Under the pieces are notes generated by a model. It worked only from the letters and a program-made list of their open reading frames with translations. It searched no databases and was not told where the DNA came from. A stretch of 64,000 bases of DNA from Candidatus Poribacteria bacterium (GTDB lineage: Bacteria > Poribacteria > WGA-4E > JAJDTR01). Of the stretch, positions 34,301 through 41,784 are shown piece by piece (the stretch's first letter is position 1; every line of letters begins with the position of its first letter). The stretch is taken from contig CBDCTK010000002.1 of NCBI GenBank assembly GCA_965222225.1, forward strand, positions 320,001 to 384,000, read 5' to 3'. A program made the translations under genes and the position numbers.

Positions 34301-34531
34301 AAAATTAACATGACCTTGAGCATCTATGATTTTGCCGGCGATCTTGTCTTTGAAGACACATTCTCTAACATAAGTCCCGGAAGGGATAGCGATCAACTTG
34401 TGACATGGGATCTAAAAAACCAAGCCGGTGCAGCGATTGCCCGCGGAGTCTATATTTTCCGTCTTGAAGCCGAGGATATCGCAACCCAGAATCTGAGCAA
34501 CGCAGTCGGAAAATTGCTTGTCATCGAATGA
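25301..34531 (+). CDS. Giant (3076 aa) secreted Ig-like repeat protein with N-terminal FSPN(G)D/FlgD-type domains and a T9SS-type C-terminal sorting-like domain
   Basis: Hydrophobic signal ending ASAWG; about 25 repeats of 110-120 aa (SGIDF...NDG...PL..DGS.DG.Y.I.V...D.AGN); C-terminus YSWPSP...IYDFAGDLV...WDLKN..G..IARGVYIFRL...KLLVIE; exact start uncertain. Confidence 0.85.
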   Translation: MIKNCIRCQIYRVLAVKKPKIRFRTLKSSLLIQLSYFLLLLVISASAWGQFFESPPRVIDDANEDTVFSPNGDGVQENLIISFVTNGFTGDYRIIIDVHGPGAVGQPDGKFDIDDDWLIIGAVGPGQSDLYPGNNPKIIHQEWDGMDRAPSQEAPPNARPVGNGSYEILVETDAFEDGVVNIIDFTYQSSKLTAVIDVDAPQISSTASHLFFSPNSDAIKDTTTIAYTLSEHLSELRLEFANLESQPAIKLTHITRGQQSFVWNGLDGLRTPLVDGTYNLRLRGTDNGGNVTTFDAGTVQIDTRAPTFSQIMPSQNAYLKTSVTTIMVEFNPAEQESPIDFDSSVTTISLQNARGEIFSGITRNDVANNRLTLTLDNPLDTISENGTYTAVIRGADAAGNQVETGSSFYFDTVPPTLERIRSNYGNFPPNGSVNTKITFVEVDLDDNIDDGLNLSASAIALNGPNGAIFGNQTFGGDSTLRWNLRVPIATDGSEDGIYTITINATDRAGNSADFGEISFVYDTQAPRLVSLTPNLEDNSFHLGEGTIFRSQPLSRVVAGFDDGDGSGVDFASTRLEIFRADETGVGNIFLVGTRHPNAADGTLDFLLSQPLENQDGTQDGAYTIRVTSEDVAGNTDTSQVHLIYDTETPRIVSTTPERDATVTTLSQVTLVMDDRMSGVDFANTILKLVRESVEFRATSSNNGKDTAVLTLSNSLATNGSDDGEYRIEITTVDRAGNASDQIERRIFLVSQRPEIRLNVPVKKEVNELTTIDAQLFDYIGTGVNFSPEKSSVVVMRADGTVLPSASVEADKVNNRLIWMAKTPLPRDGSADGEYAVSVYYEDFVGQNFTQDFALIFDTQLPGVAQTTPAAGARVARLGTITVEFAADLSGIDFSAAQVRLLDPNGVPVGTNQSDNGADIITLRVQELQASVVDGVYIIEVTPADWAGNVADSPFLSGFTYAPREPSILLQPSTNLPTNQLNQITATLQDYVGPGINFDSAETSISVRSTNGSEITAHPIQSNGAELQLIWTAASPLPRDGSADGEYEVVSRFVENSGLGSTSPATFERISTLIFDTQLPQIASTIPSRNAWITQLERATIELGDNLSGVDFDLTLTQLLGPDNNPIPTSISNDGEKQITLTFDPFKTDGSADGVYRLEITPADLAGNVGGLSTIEFVYATQAPEIEILTPSDESIVNRVPEIRVVVRDNSGEGIDFEKSNITLTNTNNADVHGILRNDDAGTLTLEVGLPTDGTVDGKYSVNLNLVDNLGAEAAYTRQFTYDSVPPTIVAESRPPRENRIIENRIIVEFEVTDTSPVVGAESGVDFDATTIQLHDANGESIAGEKRDDGVKLITFTSAELRSVDVYTLTVVVADRAGNVSVPQRFAYTDEIKPPRVISILPPPKSRVNRLTEISTVLEDQSGTGIDFSATGSSMELRNPNDMVVGGPVVNDGVDTMTLKLIDPLLADGSDDGVYTITVQPVDQLGVSGQVRQFRIIYDTQNPRVQSVSHIDMTANLSTVKDSVRRIEVELVETGSGIDFERSYVQLWRHSGDERILVVGALDDDGLLLWWQLDNPLARNGVDDGLYSVEIKAVDNAGNVEEKAFGFLYGTQAPVIGTIAPPPKSRVNRLTEITAVLEDQSGTGIDFSATGSSMELRNPNDMVVGGTVANDGVDTMTLKLIDALLTDGSDDGVYTITVQPVDQLGVSGEVRQFRIIYDTQNPRVQSVAHIDMTANVSNVKDSVRRIEVELIETGSGIDFERSYVQLWRHTGDERVVVPGALDDDGSLLWWQLDNGLARNGADDGAYTVEVKAVDIAGNVEEKEYRLLYDTQVPVIGSVNASVVAGDTLELDTGGTPTVVEVPIHQIHLVFTDGSGSGIDVSQIPVQLIQSNGIAVAATQQNDGIETVSLRFKPLRDDGTDDGRYFIRVAPIDFSGNTYTSPLEFQFLYSTRKPEIVSTTPAEYTSVNLLDSVSAVLLDYSGEGIDFDRSTVGLYNDEGNLIDGRQHVDTESSIITWDLDQPLSRDGVDDGEYSIRLVVFDGAGSELKSSKTFLYDTQIPQIVSVSVGTIPPMSIPINALEVLNQSIAQVAVRLSDERVLPDGGQISASGIDFVGTMVRLIAPNNEQKGVTVSDDGEAQLIVSFTPLVQPGTYTLEITPRDLAGNASGHPIQYKFSLNLAKPRVDSVAIGEHMAPVAFVNQLDKITAKLVDPNGVGLDLTTGGSTLSVMGPNGVIDGLQEGSGVDELVWIPLHLPVDGTADGRYTVTITPVDSLGLSGAPARYEFVLDTQKPELIGVDPLNLTHAVSYIGGQIIQISAQVVDVGPAGLDISEQTIQLQDANGSPVPADLTSDGDRQVFLTLAQPLATNGSNDGEYSTIISLGDRAGNTLEVEHTFVYDTQAPTLVNTDPAGDLVRDDLTSIVVDLSDRGGSGIDFAVSHLMLFDPNGNQVNGQLGNDGVGQLTLQLDELAEDGSYRIRVLAVDRAGNGANAPFDRTFLFSTNLPTVVSTVPITAPAENAFTRTPPNQVEVEFQSSPNLSTVRLIHPNGTTVPGQQIRDGNRLIYRLSRELASDGSDDGSYTILVTPVNSAGRSGEQQQYNFIYDTVLPEVDGILPVVESPSVNNALNEIVALVTDANPGSSIDWDELDDSWVTFEKLGLGQKIRGRLSTDREQIISFRLESPLASDGSQDGKYRVIVMPRDRAGNVAIPTALEFILDTRPPTIHTDSLLINDRPLFVSTNHPDYPSADGSGSGVVIQARMSDLGSDGMAGLGVDLSRSSIVVTSPDGTSLTGNLIQNGTDTIVFKSGPLIAQGFYRVEITSVGLDVDGLGFAPTDSITTQFLHETTEPVAELTDFGGKTSLTDQPLPLRGTAIDPVSLVEEGTDEEQGGTDSASGIAFVEISGTGPDGEPIEPVLAVDKSGAESEPWSSWSLDFLPARSGGYNLDIRVTDRAGNVAVYDGVTVNLSVSLTYRGSTYSWPSPLRHSTGDRAHFSFDVNIPSGSKINMTLSIYDFAGDLVFEDTFSNISPGRDSDQLVTWDLKNQAGAAIARGVYIFRLEAEDIATQNLSNAVGKLLVIE
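29500..30803 (+). repeat. Recent in-frame tandem duplication (657-nt period, two domains) within the giant gene
   Basis: CCGCCGAAGTCAAGAGTAAA starts at 29504 and 30161; long near-identical DNA stretches follow. Confidence 0.9.
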
Positions 34532-34609
34532 CAAAGTTCCTTACTGGCGAAAAGCCGCACTCGGGATTGCACCGAGAGATGCCTTGCAAATATCTGTATC
34601 GTTTTACGC

Positions 34610-35581
34610 ATGGAAAAGGAGATTCCAGTGCAAAGAATCGTCTTAGTTCTTACCCTCTGTTTAATTAGTTTTTCCAGTTGGGGTGCCGATATTCATGATG
34701 ACGCCGGGACAACAGGTGCAGCCTTTCTCAAGATTGATGGGGGTAGCCGGCCAGCAGGTATGGGAGGCGCATTCGTTGGGCTTGCGAATGACGTAAATAC
34801 GATATTTTCAAATCCTGCAGGGCTAACCACTGTGCAGGCACACGAACTGACAGCAATGCAGAATTTCGCATTTGCGGATATCAGTAACCAGTCGATTGGC
34901 TATGCACAACGGGAAGGCAACCTCGTTTGGGGCGCGAGTTTTTTAGGCGCTTTTACTGAAATTGAGCGTCGTATTGGTCCAAGCGACAATCCGGATAGCA
35001 CGGTAAACGTCGGAGGATTCGCAGCAGGCTTCTCTCTTGCCTATCCCATATCCCCAAAAATCTCGGTTGGCGCGACAGCAAAAGCAGTTTCGCAGCAACT
35101 CGATCTCCAAAATTCATTTGGCGGGGCGATTGATGTAGGGGCTGTTTGGCGCACATTGGACGACTGCTTGGGGGTTGGGATTGCCGCACAGAATCTAGGT
35201 ATGCTTGACGAAAGTGAAGCTCTGCCGAGAAACATACGCGGAGGGATTGCCTACCATGTTCAAACCCCTTCATCTCAAGCTGAGGACGCACCGCCCAAAA
35301 ATCTCTTCTCTATCGTTGCCGATATTGATGTTCCCGTGATTGCAGCCTATCCCACGTTTCGCATCGGAGCCGAGAATTGGTTTTATGATCTGATCGCCGC
35401 TCGAATTGGTTATAGCATCAGCAAGGGTGAGAATCCCAAGAACGGCGTCACAGTTGGTATCGGGATCCGCCGTAAAGGCGAGGATTCGCTTAAAAGCGTC
35501 CGATTTCAGTTTGATTACGCTCTGGTGCCCGACGCAGATGTTGGTAATTCCCACCGGCTCGCATTTATCACTCGGTTCTAA
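34610..35581 (+). CDS. PorV/PorQ-family outer-membrane beta-barrel protein
   Basis: AAFLKI..GSRPAGMGGAFVGLAND...IFSNPAGL N-terminal motif; C-terminal DYA...GNSHRLAFITRF; alternative GTG start at 34628. Confidence 0.85.
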   Translation: MEKEIPVQRIVLVLTLCLISFSSWGADIHDDAGTTGAAFLKIDGGSRPAGMGGAFVGLANDVNTIFSNPAGLTTVQAHELTAMQNFAFADISNQSIGYAQREGNLVWGASFLGAFTEIERRIGPSDNPDSTVNVGGFAAGFSLAYPISPKISVGATAKAVSQQLDLQNSFGGAIDVGAVWRTLDDCLGVGIAAQNLGMLDESEALPRNIRGGIAYHVQTPSSQAEDAPPKNLFSIVADIDVPVIAAYPTFRIGAENWFYDLIAARIGYSISKGENPKNGVTVGIGIRRKGEDSLKSVRFQFDYALVPDADVGNSHRLAFITRF

Positions 35582-35970
35582 CGACTATTCCTTTCGGCCA
35601 AAATCACCACCTTCCGCTGACACTTGCCCGTGCCACGGTCAAGTTTCCTGGTACGCGCCGTTATGTACCCGTTCATGTACGTTGCATTTTTGATACTTTC
35701 AGTGCAACTCATACCACATATTATCCCCCTCAATTTATCTCCAATCCACTCCTTTTGGATCGATTCCACATGGTTAGGAAATTGCAATGAGTTGCAGTCG
35801 TAGTGTTGGTGGGCTATGTTCGACTCCAGGATTGGTTGTAGCGGACTCAACGAATCCTCAACTCATCAAAGGGTGAACTTACGCCCAATCGCTTAGAGTT
35901 GCGTGCACCAAAAGCGTTTGGGAGTTTGGGAAAACGCTTCTTGGCATCAACCCGAAAGAAAAAAGGTCTA

Positions 35971-38298
35971 ATGCGTCAGATATCTACCCGGAACACCAGT
36001 GTCTTAACACTTTTGTTGATGGTGTTCTTACCAACGCTCCTGTTTGCCCAGGGGACAGGTCGTATCAATGGGTACTTGCATGACAAGGTTACCGGAGAAC
36101 CATTGCCCTATGCTAGGGTCATGCTGCAAGACACTCAATTTGCCGCAACATCCGATGTGCGTGGATATTATGTATTGAACGGCATACCGCCAGGTAAATA
36201 CACGTTGATTGTCTTAATGACGCGATATGAGCGGGTTGAAATGCAACTGGAAGTTCAAACCGACGGTGAAATCAGATTTGATGTTGAGGTCGCGCCGGAA
36301 GCAATTCAACTTGATGAAGTGGAAGTGACTGGCGAAAAAACGCGATTCAAAGAAGAGGTGGAAATCAGTCGCACAAATATCAGTTCCAAAGAGATAGTCA
36401 ATACACCGTCTTTTGTTGAAACCGATGTTTTTCGGACAATGCAGCAACTCCCGAGTGTCACTTCACAAAGCGACTTTAGTTCTGCGCTGGTCGTGCGTGG
36501 TGGCAGCCCTGATGAAAATCTCATTCTAGTTGATGGCGCGGAGATTTATAATCCGTATCATCTTGTCGGGTTATTCTCAACGTTTAACGCAGATACGATC
36601 GCCGATGCTAAATTCCTGGCTGGTGGCTATCCCGCAGAATACCCCGGCAGACTGTCATCTGTCTTGGACATTACATCACGAGAAGGAAAGCAAATCAAGG
36701 GAAAGGGAGAAATCTCGCTCCTCAGTAGTAAAATGATGTTGGAAGGGCCATTCTATAAGGGCGCCTGGATTATATCCGGTAGAAGAACCTATTTCGATCT
36801 CATTGCGGACCGATTCAATCTAGCAAGGGGAGAAGATCAAGACTGGAGGTATTATTTCTGGGACGGTCAAATCAAAATATTCAGCGATCTGAATTCAGAA
36901 AACAGGTTGACGTTTTCGACCTTTGATGGACGCGACGTCTTGAGGTTCTTCTTTGATGAAGAGGATTCTGATAACAAGACCGATTTTAGCTTCGATTGGG
37001 GAAATAACGCTCCCAGTCTGAAGTGGCGGTTTGTTCCAAACGCAAAGTTCTTCTCGGAATTTGTCCTGACGCGCTCCAATTTTGATTTCGATGTGAATCT
37101 GAAAGACACAGAATCCGACAGTGCTGGAAACCAAGGCGAAACTGTCGCCAGCGCAACCAATCAAATTCAAGACTATTCCGCCTCGGAAAAATTAACCTGG
37201 TACCTATCTCCTCAGCATACCCTGAAACTTGGAGCGGCGATAAAGAAACTGAGCATGAAATTCAACTTTCATGTCGATAACGTCAATTTCTTTGACATCA
37301 AGCAAAGCCCCTACGTCTTCAGCACTTTTATTCAGGATAAATGGAAAGTCAATGACCTGCTCTCGGTTCAATTGGGATTACGAAGTTCGAAATATGAATT
37401 ACATGAAAACATCTATCTTGATCCTCGTCTCGGATTCAAATACTTATTGTCGGAAGACTGGGCATTTAACGGGAGTTGGGGCAAGTTCAATCAATTCCTT
37501 TTCACTGTGAATGAGGAAGATCAAGTTCTGCAAGTTGTCGATTTCTGGTTACCGGTACCCGAAGAATTTGACGCGATAAAGAATCAGCATTTCATTCTTG
37601 GGATAGAAAGATGGTTCAATTCCGGATTTACCGGATCGATTGAAACCTATTATAAACCCTACAGCAATGTCCTCACCAACAATCCGGATAACGACCCCGG
37701 CATTGAGTTTGATGAATTCATAGCCGGCACAGGGCGCGTTTGGGGATTGGAGTTTTTTTTGAAGAAAACCACCGGAAAAGTTTCAGGCTGGATCGGCTAT
37801 TCATACTCGAATATTGAAAGACGATTCGATTTCAATGGCGATGGTAGGGTCGAAAAAACTGAAAACCAAGCGTCTGAGGTTTATGCATCCAAATATTCAA
37901 GACCACATTCACTCAATTTGGTTGCCAGTTATCAGATGAGTAAAAAAAATCGGGTATCACTGTCCTGGACTATGTCGAGCGGTCAACCGTATACGCCGGT
38001 CGTCGGCAAAGTCTTTCATGAGGGCTACGCGCTGGACGATCCCTATGCGAGAGTGATCAGTATCCAGGGCAGACGGAATTCATCCCGTTATCCACCCTAT
38101 GTTCGGGGAGATATTGCCTGGATTAGAGACATCTCACCCTTTGGAGTGAACGGGAAATTTAAGCTTCAGGTCATCAATTTTACGAATCATTACAACTATC
38201 TAATCTATCTGTGGGATCACAATAGTTCACCTTCAGAAGTTAGCGCGATCAGTATGTTCCCAATTGTCCCGTCTTTTGGATTAGAATTCGAATTCTAG
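35971..38298 (+). CDS. TonB-dependent receptor with N-terminal carboxypeptidase-regulatory-like domain
   Basis: G.I.G...D..TGEPLPYA, VRGGSPDENLILVDG..IYNP.H, GGYPAEY.GRLSSV; terminal FEF. Confidence 0.9.
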   Translation: MRQISTRNTSVLTLLLMVFLPTLLFAQGTGRINGYLHDKVTGEPLPYARVMLQDTQFAATSDVRGYYVLNGIPPGKYTLIVLMTRYERVEMQLEVQTDGEIRFDVEVAPEAIQLDEVEVTGEKTRFKEEVEISRTNISSKEIVNTPSFVETDVFRTMQQLPSVTSQSDFSSALVVRGGSPDENLILVDGAEIYNPYHLVGLFSTFNADTIADAKFLAGGYPAEYPGRLSSVLDITSREGKQIKGKGEISLLSSKMMLEGPFYKGAWIISGRRTYFDLIADRFNLARGEDQDWRYYFWDGQIKIFSDLNSENRLTFSTFDGRDVLRFFFDEEDSDNKTDFSFDWGNNAPSLKWRFVPNAKFFSEFVLTRSNFDFDVNLKDTESDSAGNQGETVASATNQIQDYSASEKLTWYLSPQHTLKLGAAIKKLSMKFNFHVDNVNFFDIKQSPYVFSTFIQDKWKVNDLLSVQLGLRSSKYELHENIYLDPRLGFKYLLSEDWAFNGSWGKFNQFLFTVNEEDQVLQVVDFWLPVPEEFDAIKNQHFILGIERWFNSGFTGSIETYYKPYSNVLTNNPDNDPGIEFDEFIAGTGRVWGLEFFLKKTTGKVSGWIGYSYSNIERRFDFNGDGRVEKTENQASEVYASKYSRPHSLNLVASYQMSKKNRVSLSWTMSSGQPYTPVVGKVFHEGYALDDPYARVISIQGRRNSSRYPPYVRGDIAWIRDISPFGVNGKFKLQVINFTNHYNYLIYLWDHNSSPSEVSAISMFPIVPSFGLEFEF

Positions 38299-38308
38299 GA
38301 GCAAAACA

Positions 38309-39310
38309 GTGCAGATGTTAAGAATTTCGCTCATCATGCTTTTGTCAACGATTTGTCTCTCCTGTGAGCGAGAACTGGATGTTGCCGATTTCAAAGATGA
38401 TTTCGGTAATTACCAACCGGAATTAAAAGTTTCAGGACGGCTTCGGCATGATAGCCCGGAAGATTCCATCATCCGGATAATCAGAACCGAAGCAATTACG
38501 GATTCTGATGTATTCAACGGAATTGATGATGACGGAGATGGCGAAATCGATGAATACGATGAAACCCTCCCGCTTGTCCAGGATACAACCGCTTTCGTCA
38601 CAGTGACGAATTTGAATTCAGGGGAGAAATACGAATTTCAGTATGTTGAGCTGGCTGATAGGGTCGCCATTCGGTATCGTGAAGATTCCAACGGAGAAGA
38701 TTCCATAAATGGAATTCCCGACGGAGGTTACAAACCCAAGTCAAACGGTTTTCAGGTAGAACTCTATGTCCAATATCGAATAGAAATCTATTCTAGAGCG
38801 TTCGATAAAATGATTACCGGCGAAACAACAGTTTATCCGCCAGTTGAATTCCTTGATATTGATACACTCTCGACCTTTAATGACGACCACATAACGCTGA
38901 AAAGCAATGATGAAAAAGCAATCTTTTGGAAATCAGATTTGAATGTGACTTCATACTTCGTTACAGTTGAAGTACCGGAGCGCATCCGTGAAGATAAACC
39001 AGAATCCGAATTCGTCACTTCAACTTCATATTCATCTTCATCGTCTAGGGATAACGATTTGACAGAAAAGCATGGTGTTTCTATCGGAAAAGAAAACTTC
39101 TTTGTGAGCCGAATATCAAATGCCGGCAAAGTTCTGAGAATCACGGTTGAAGCGCTGAGCCCAGAATATGGGCATTATATCTTTTCATCATTGCCATTGA
39201 ATGATGCGCGAAGATCAAATCTTCGGGATCAAGATGGGAAACCCGTGATGGGCGCTTTCGGGGCAACCGCCGCGAGAAGCATACATGTAGCGATTGAAGA
39301 ACCTAGATGA
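38309..39310 (+). CDS. DUF4249-like lipoprotein partner of the TonB-dependent receptor
   Basis: Lipobox CLSC-E, position directly after the receptor, C-terminal SN......MGAFGA. Confidence 0.65.
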   Translation: MQMLRISLIMLLSTICLSCERELDVADFKDDFGNYQPELKVSGRLRHDSPEDSIIRIIRTEAITDSDVFNGIDDDGDGEIDEYDETLPLVQDTTAFVTVTNLNSGEKYEFQYVELADRVAIRYREDSNGEDSINGIPDGGYKPKSNGFQVELYVQYRIEIYSRAFDKMITGETTVYPPVEFLDIDTLSTFNDDHITLKSNDEKAIFWKSDLNVTSYFVTVEVPERIREDKPESEFVTSTSYSSSSSRDNDLTEKHGVSIGKENFFVSRISNAGKVLRITVEALSPEYGHYIFSSLPLNDARRSNLRDQDGKPVMGAFGATAARSIHVAIEEPR

Positions 39311-39724
39311 GGCGTACTGTTTTCATCGTCTGAATGGAATGCCACAAGCGTCCCTTCACCCACTCTCTTATCATTCGGATAAAGACATTATAGAATAATA
39401 GCGCCAGATAAGCCATTTAGAGCCTGATTATATCATTTGATTCGGTTTCGCATCATGTAAATTGAAGCAATGCACATCATAGTCTCAGCGGTTTTAGGAT
39501 TGGAATTCCATCTGTGATTCGATGATCGAAGATCCGTTTTTCTATTGACTGACTTTAGGAGATCTCTTTTTCCAGTCCAAAATCTATCTTATGCAACTGT
39601 CTAGTTTTTAGGGGTAATTACAAGTAAGTTGATTACCACTGCGGCACGGGAAGTAGCTTCCCGATTTGATAACCAATTATTCATTCCCCACCGTCCAAGC
39701 GAGGTGGAATTGGGAGGAACAAAA

Positions 39725-40405
39725 ATGCGAACAACAAGGTTTAATAATTGTGTGGCGCTGCTACTATTATCGGCGGGGTTCTGGATCGGGTGTGCTGCTA
39801 GAGTTGTAGACGACTCGAAACTCCAATACCTCGCCCCCGAATTTACATACAACTCGCTCTCCGAGTACGGTTTGAGCCTGCTCCCTGTAGTTGCAGGCGA
39901 GGGACAAGAAGGGCTACGCAGACCATTGGCAGCAAAGCTTGAAGCCCACCTTGCCACTCGGCTGCCAGAAGGGAGATTCGCGGGGGCAATCCAGACGCTC
40001 GATCTGATTAACGAAGCGAATTTGACAGAAGCCTATGCGCAGATGATCGATGATTATGCGCGAGCCGCGATCCTCAATAAAAGGACGCTCCATAGAATTG
40101 GCGAAGCCACTGGAATTCGATACCTCTTGCATGTGAAACTCTTGGATCAGTCTCGTACAGAACGACTTGCGCAGGCTTTTCTATCGGATGACATCGTCAG
40201 CTTGGAGGGCAAAAACGTCAGTATCTTCGGACAAGTCTGGGATTGCGGTTTGGGTGACGTTGTTTGGGAAGGTACGGGCGAGGTTGCTGCCGAGGTGGAG
40301 GTTGAATTCCAGTATGTAAAGCAGGACATCGATTATCTCGTGAGCATGGCGGCTCAATCGTTCTTAAACAACTTGCCGGGCATTCAAATTCCACGTGCCA
40401 ATTAA
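39725..40405 (+). CDS. Putative lipoprotein
   Basis: GGAGG RBS; lipobox-like WIGC; C-terminal WD...G.VVW motif. Confidence 0.6.
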   Translation: MRTTRFNNCVALLLLSAGFWIGCAARVVDDSKLQYLAPEFTYNSLSEYGLSLLPVVAGEGQEGLRRPLAAKLEAHLATRLPEGRFAGAIQTLDLINEANLTEAYAQMIDDYARAAILNKRTLHRIGEATGIRYLLHVKLLDQSRTERLAQAFLSDDIVSLEGKNVSIFGQVWDCGLGDVVWEGTGEVAAEVEVEFQYVKQDIDYLVSMAAQSFLNNLPGIQIPRAN

Positions 40406-40457
40406 GCATGAGTTGGGGACGCGGCGGCACATTTTGATAGTGGCTATTGCACAAGAC

Positions 40458-40597
40458 TGTAGGAGCGATCTCCCAATTGCGACATTCTGTCGCGAGCAGA
40501 ACTCACTCCTACAGAAGACGCGTGATGAAGGGATTCCTATCGCCCTCAGTATCTGTGCGGTTGATCTCTACTACAAACCGAACTGCGTAAGTCCTAT
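40458..40597. repeat. REP cluster with micro-element copy 7 (40531-40565, minus), ending in GCGTAAGTCCTA (MITE-like end)
   Basis: TGTAGGAGCGATCTCCCAATTGCGAC...CACTCCTACAGAAGAC; element reverse complement ATCAACCGCACAGATACTGAGGGCGATAGGAATCC. Confidence 0.75.
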
Positions 40598-40856
40598 ATG
40601 TATAATACTGAATTGGAATGACTACATATTTCGCTCAATGATGTCAATCATTGATTGTTGCCACCTATAATTCGCTAGAATCCGCCATTTTTTATCCGGT
40701 GATGCTCGTTGATTGGTTTGGGACAACATATCACCAAACAGAGATTATCTAACCCGGGACGCGAATTGCGTCCCTTTACTCAATGTGAAACCGGATGAAA
40801 TTCCTGTTTTAACTGGCGTCAAAACTACTCTAATATCTGAGGGAGGCATGAAACAC

Positions 40857-41582
40857 ATGAGAATCATAAGTACCACCAATCAATATCCTAATCCGATTCT
40901 GGCGTTCAGCGTTGGAATTTCTTTAACCGTGTTGTGTTTTCTGTTTCTCAGTTGCGGTGCACCAACCCAGAACGAGCAATGGCCTATTGCCGAACTTAAA
41001 CATTCAGGTTCCGGCAAAACTACGGTTCCCGGAAAATCCGCTAAGGAACCGTCATCATTACCGGCGAGCGCAGAGATTACCCGAAATCTGCTGCGCCCGT
41101 TGGTTGAAACCTTCGAATCACAACGACCACAGAATTTCAATGCGCTTAACGCAACCACAGTTAGCAGAGCGTATAGCCTCACGTTTATTTCGAACTGCGA
41201 TTTGGATGTTTTGAAGGGATTTATTGCAAAAGGATGGGCACCCGTTGTGTCACTGCGCGGCACTGGCAGTAACTCGCGACTTTGGGCTATGGTCGGATAC
41301 GATGCGATAGGTCAAGTTCATTTGGAAAACCCAACAAACAATCAGAGGAAAACCTCAAGAGAGGAGGATTTCACAACTCAGTGGGAATTGGCATCGGATA
41401 ACAGGTGTGCCCTAATCACACCTGGCAGGTTAGACCAAGCGAAGGTCCAGATGGAGCTAAATCGCTATCTTCCTCCATCTAAAGTCGCTCAAGTTAAAGT
41501 TCTGAGGTCGTTACAAGGACGCGCTGCTGCGCGAGGTGGTTCTTCGCCACAATCAAGGACTCGAAGTGGAAGTAATCGTTGA
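40857..41582 (+). CDS. Putative lipoprotein with a degenerate C39-peptidase-like domain
   Basis: Lipobox FLSC; GWAPVV...AMVGYD...VHLENP......EDFTTQW resembles the C-terminal half of C39 but has no His at the catalytic position. Confidence 0.5.
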   Translation: MRIISTTNQYPNPILAFSVGISLTVLCFLFLSCGAPTQNEQWPIAELKHSGSGKTTVPGKSAKEPSSLPASAEITRNLLRPLVETFESQRPQNFNALNATTVSRAYSLTFISNCDLDVLKGFIAKGWAPVVSLRGTGSNSRLWAMVGYDAIGQVHLENPTNNQRKTSREEDFTTQWELASDNRCALITPGRLDQAKVQMELNRYLPPSKVAQVKVLRSLQGRAAARGGSSPQSRTRSGSNR

Positions 41583-41784
41583 TTTAAACTTGAGGTTCTT
41601 TACATTCACTGGGCGAGATTTATACGCTAGTCCATTCGAAACGGAGCACCGTAAATCCTCTTATGATTGTCTCATAAATGAGCGGTCCGGAGCCCAGAAA
41701 CCGTGATGGTATTAGATCAATTATGATTCAAACGGTACAGATTATGTCCGGGACCATGGTTCCGATAGGTAGGAGGTAATTCAA

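Noticed and set aside
35582-35970. Cobalamin riboswitch upstream of the TonB-dependent receptor (also considered at 63430-63534)
   Set aside because: I could not find the conserved B12-box and core elements in the right order and strand; an Rfam scan would be needed.
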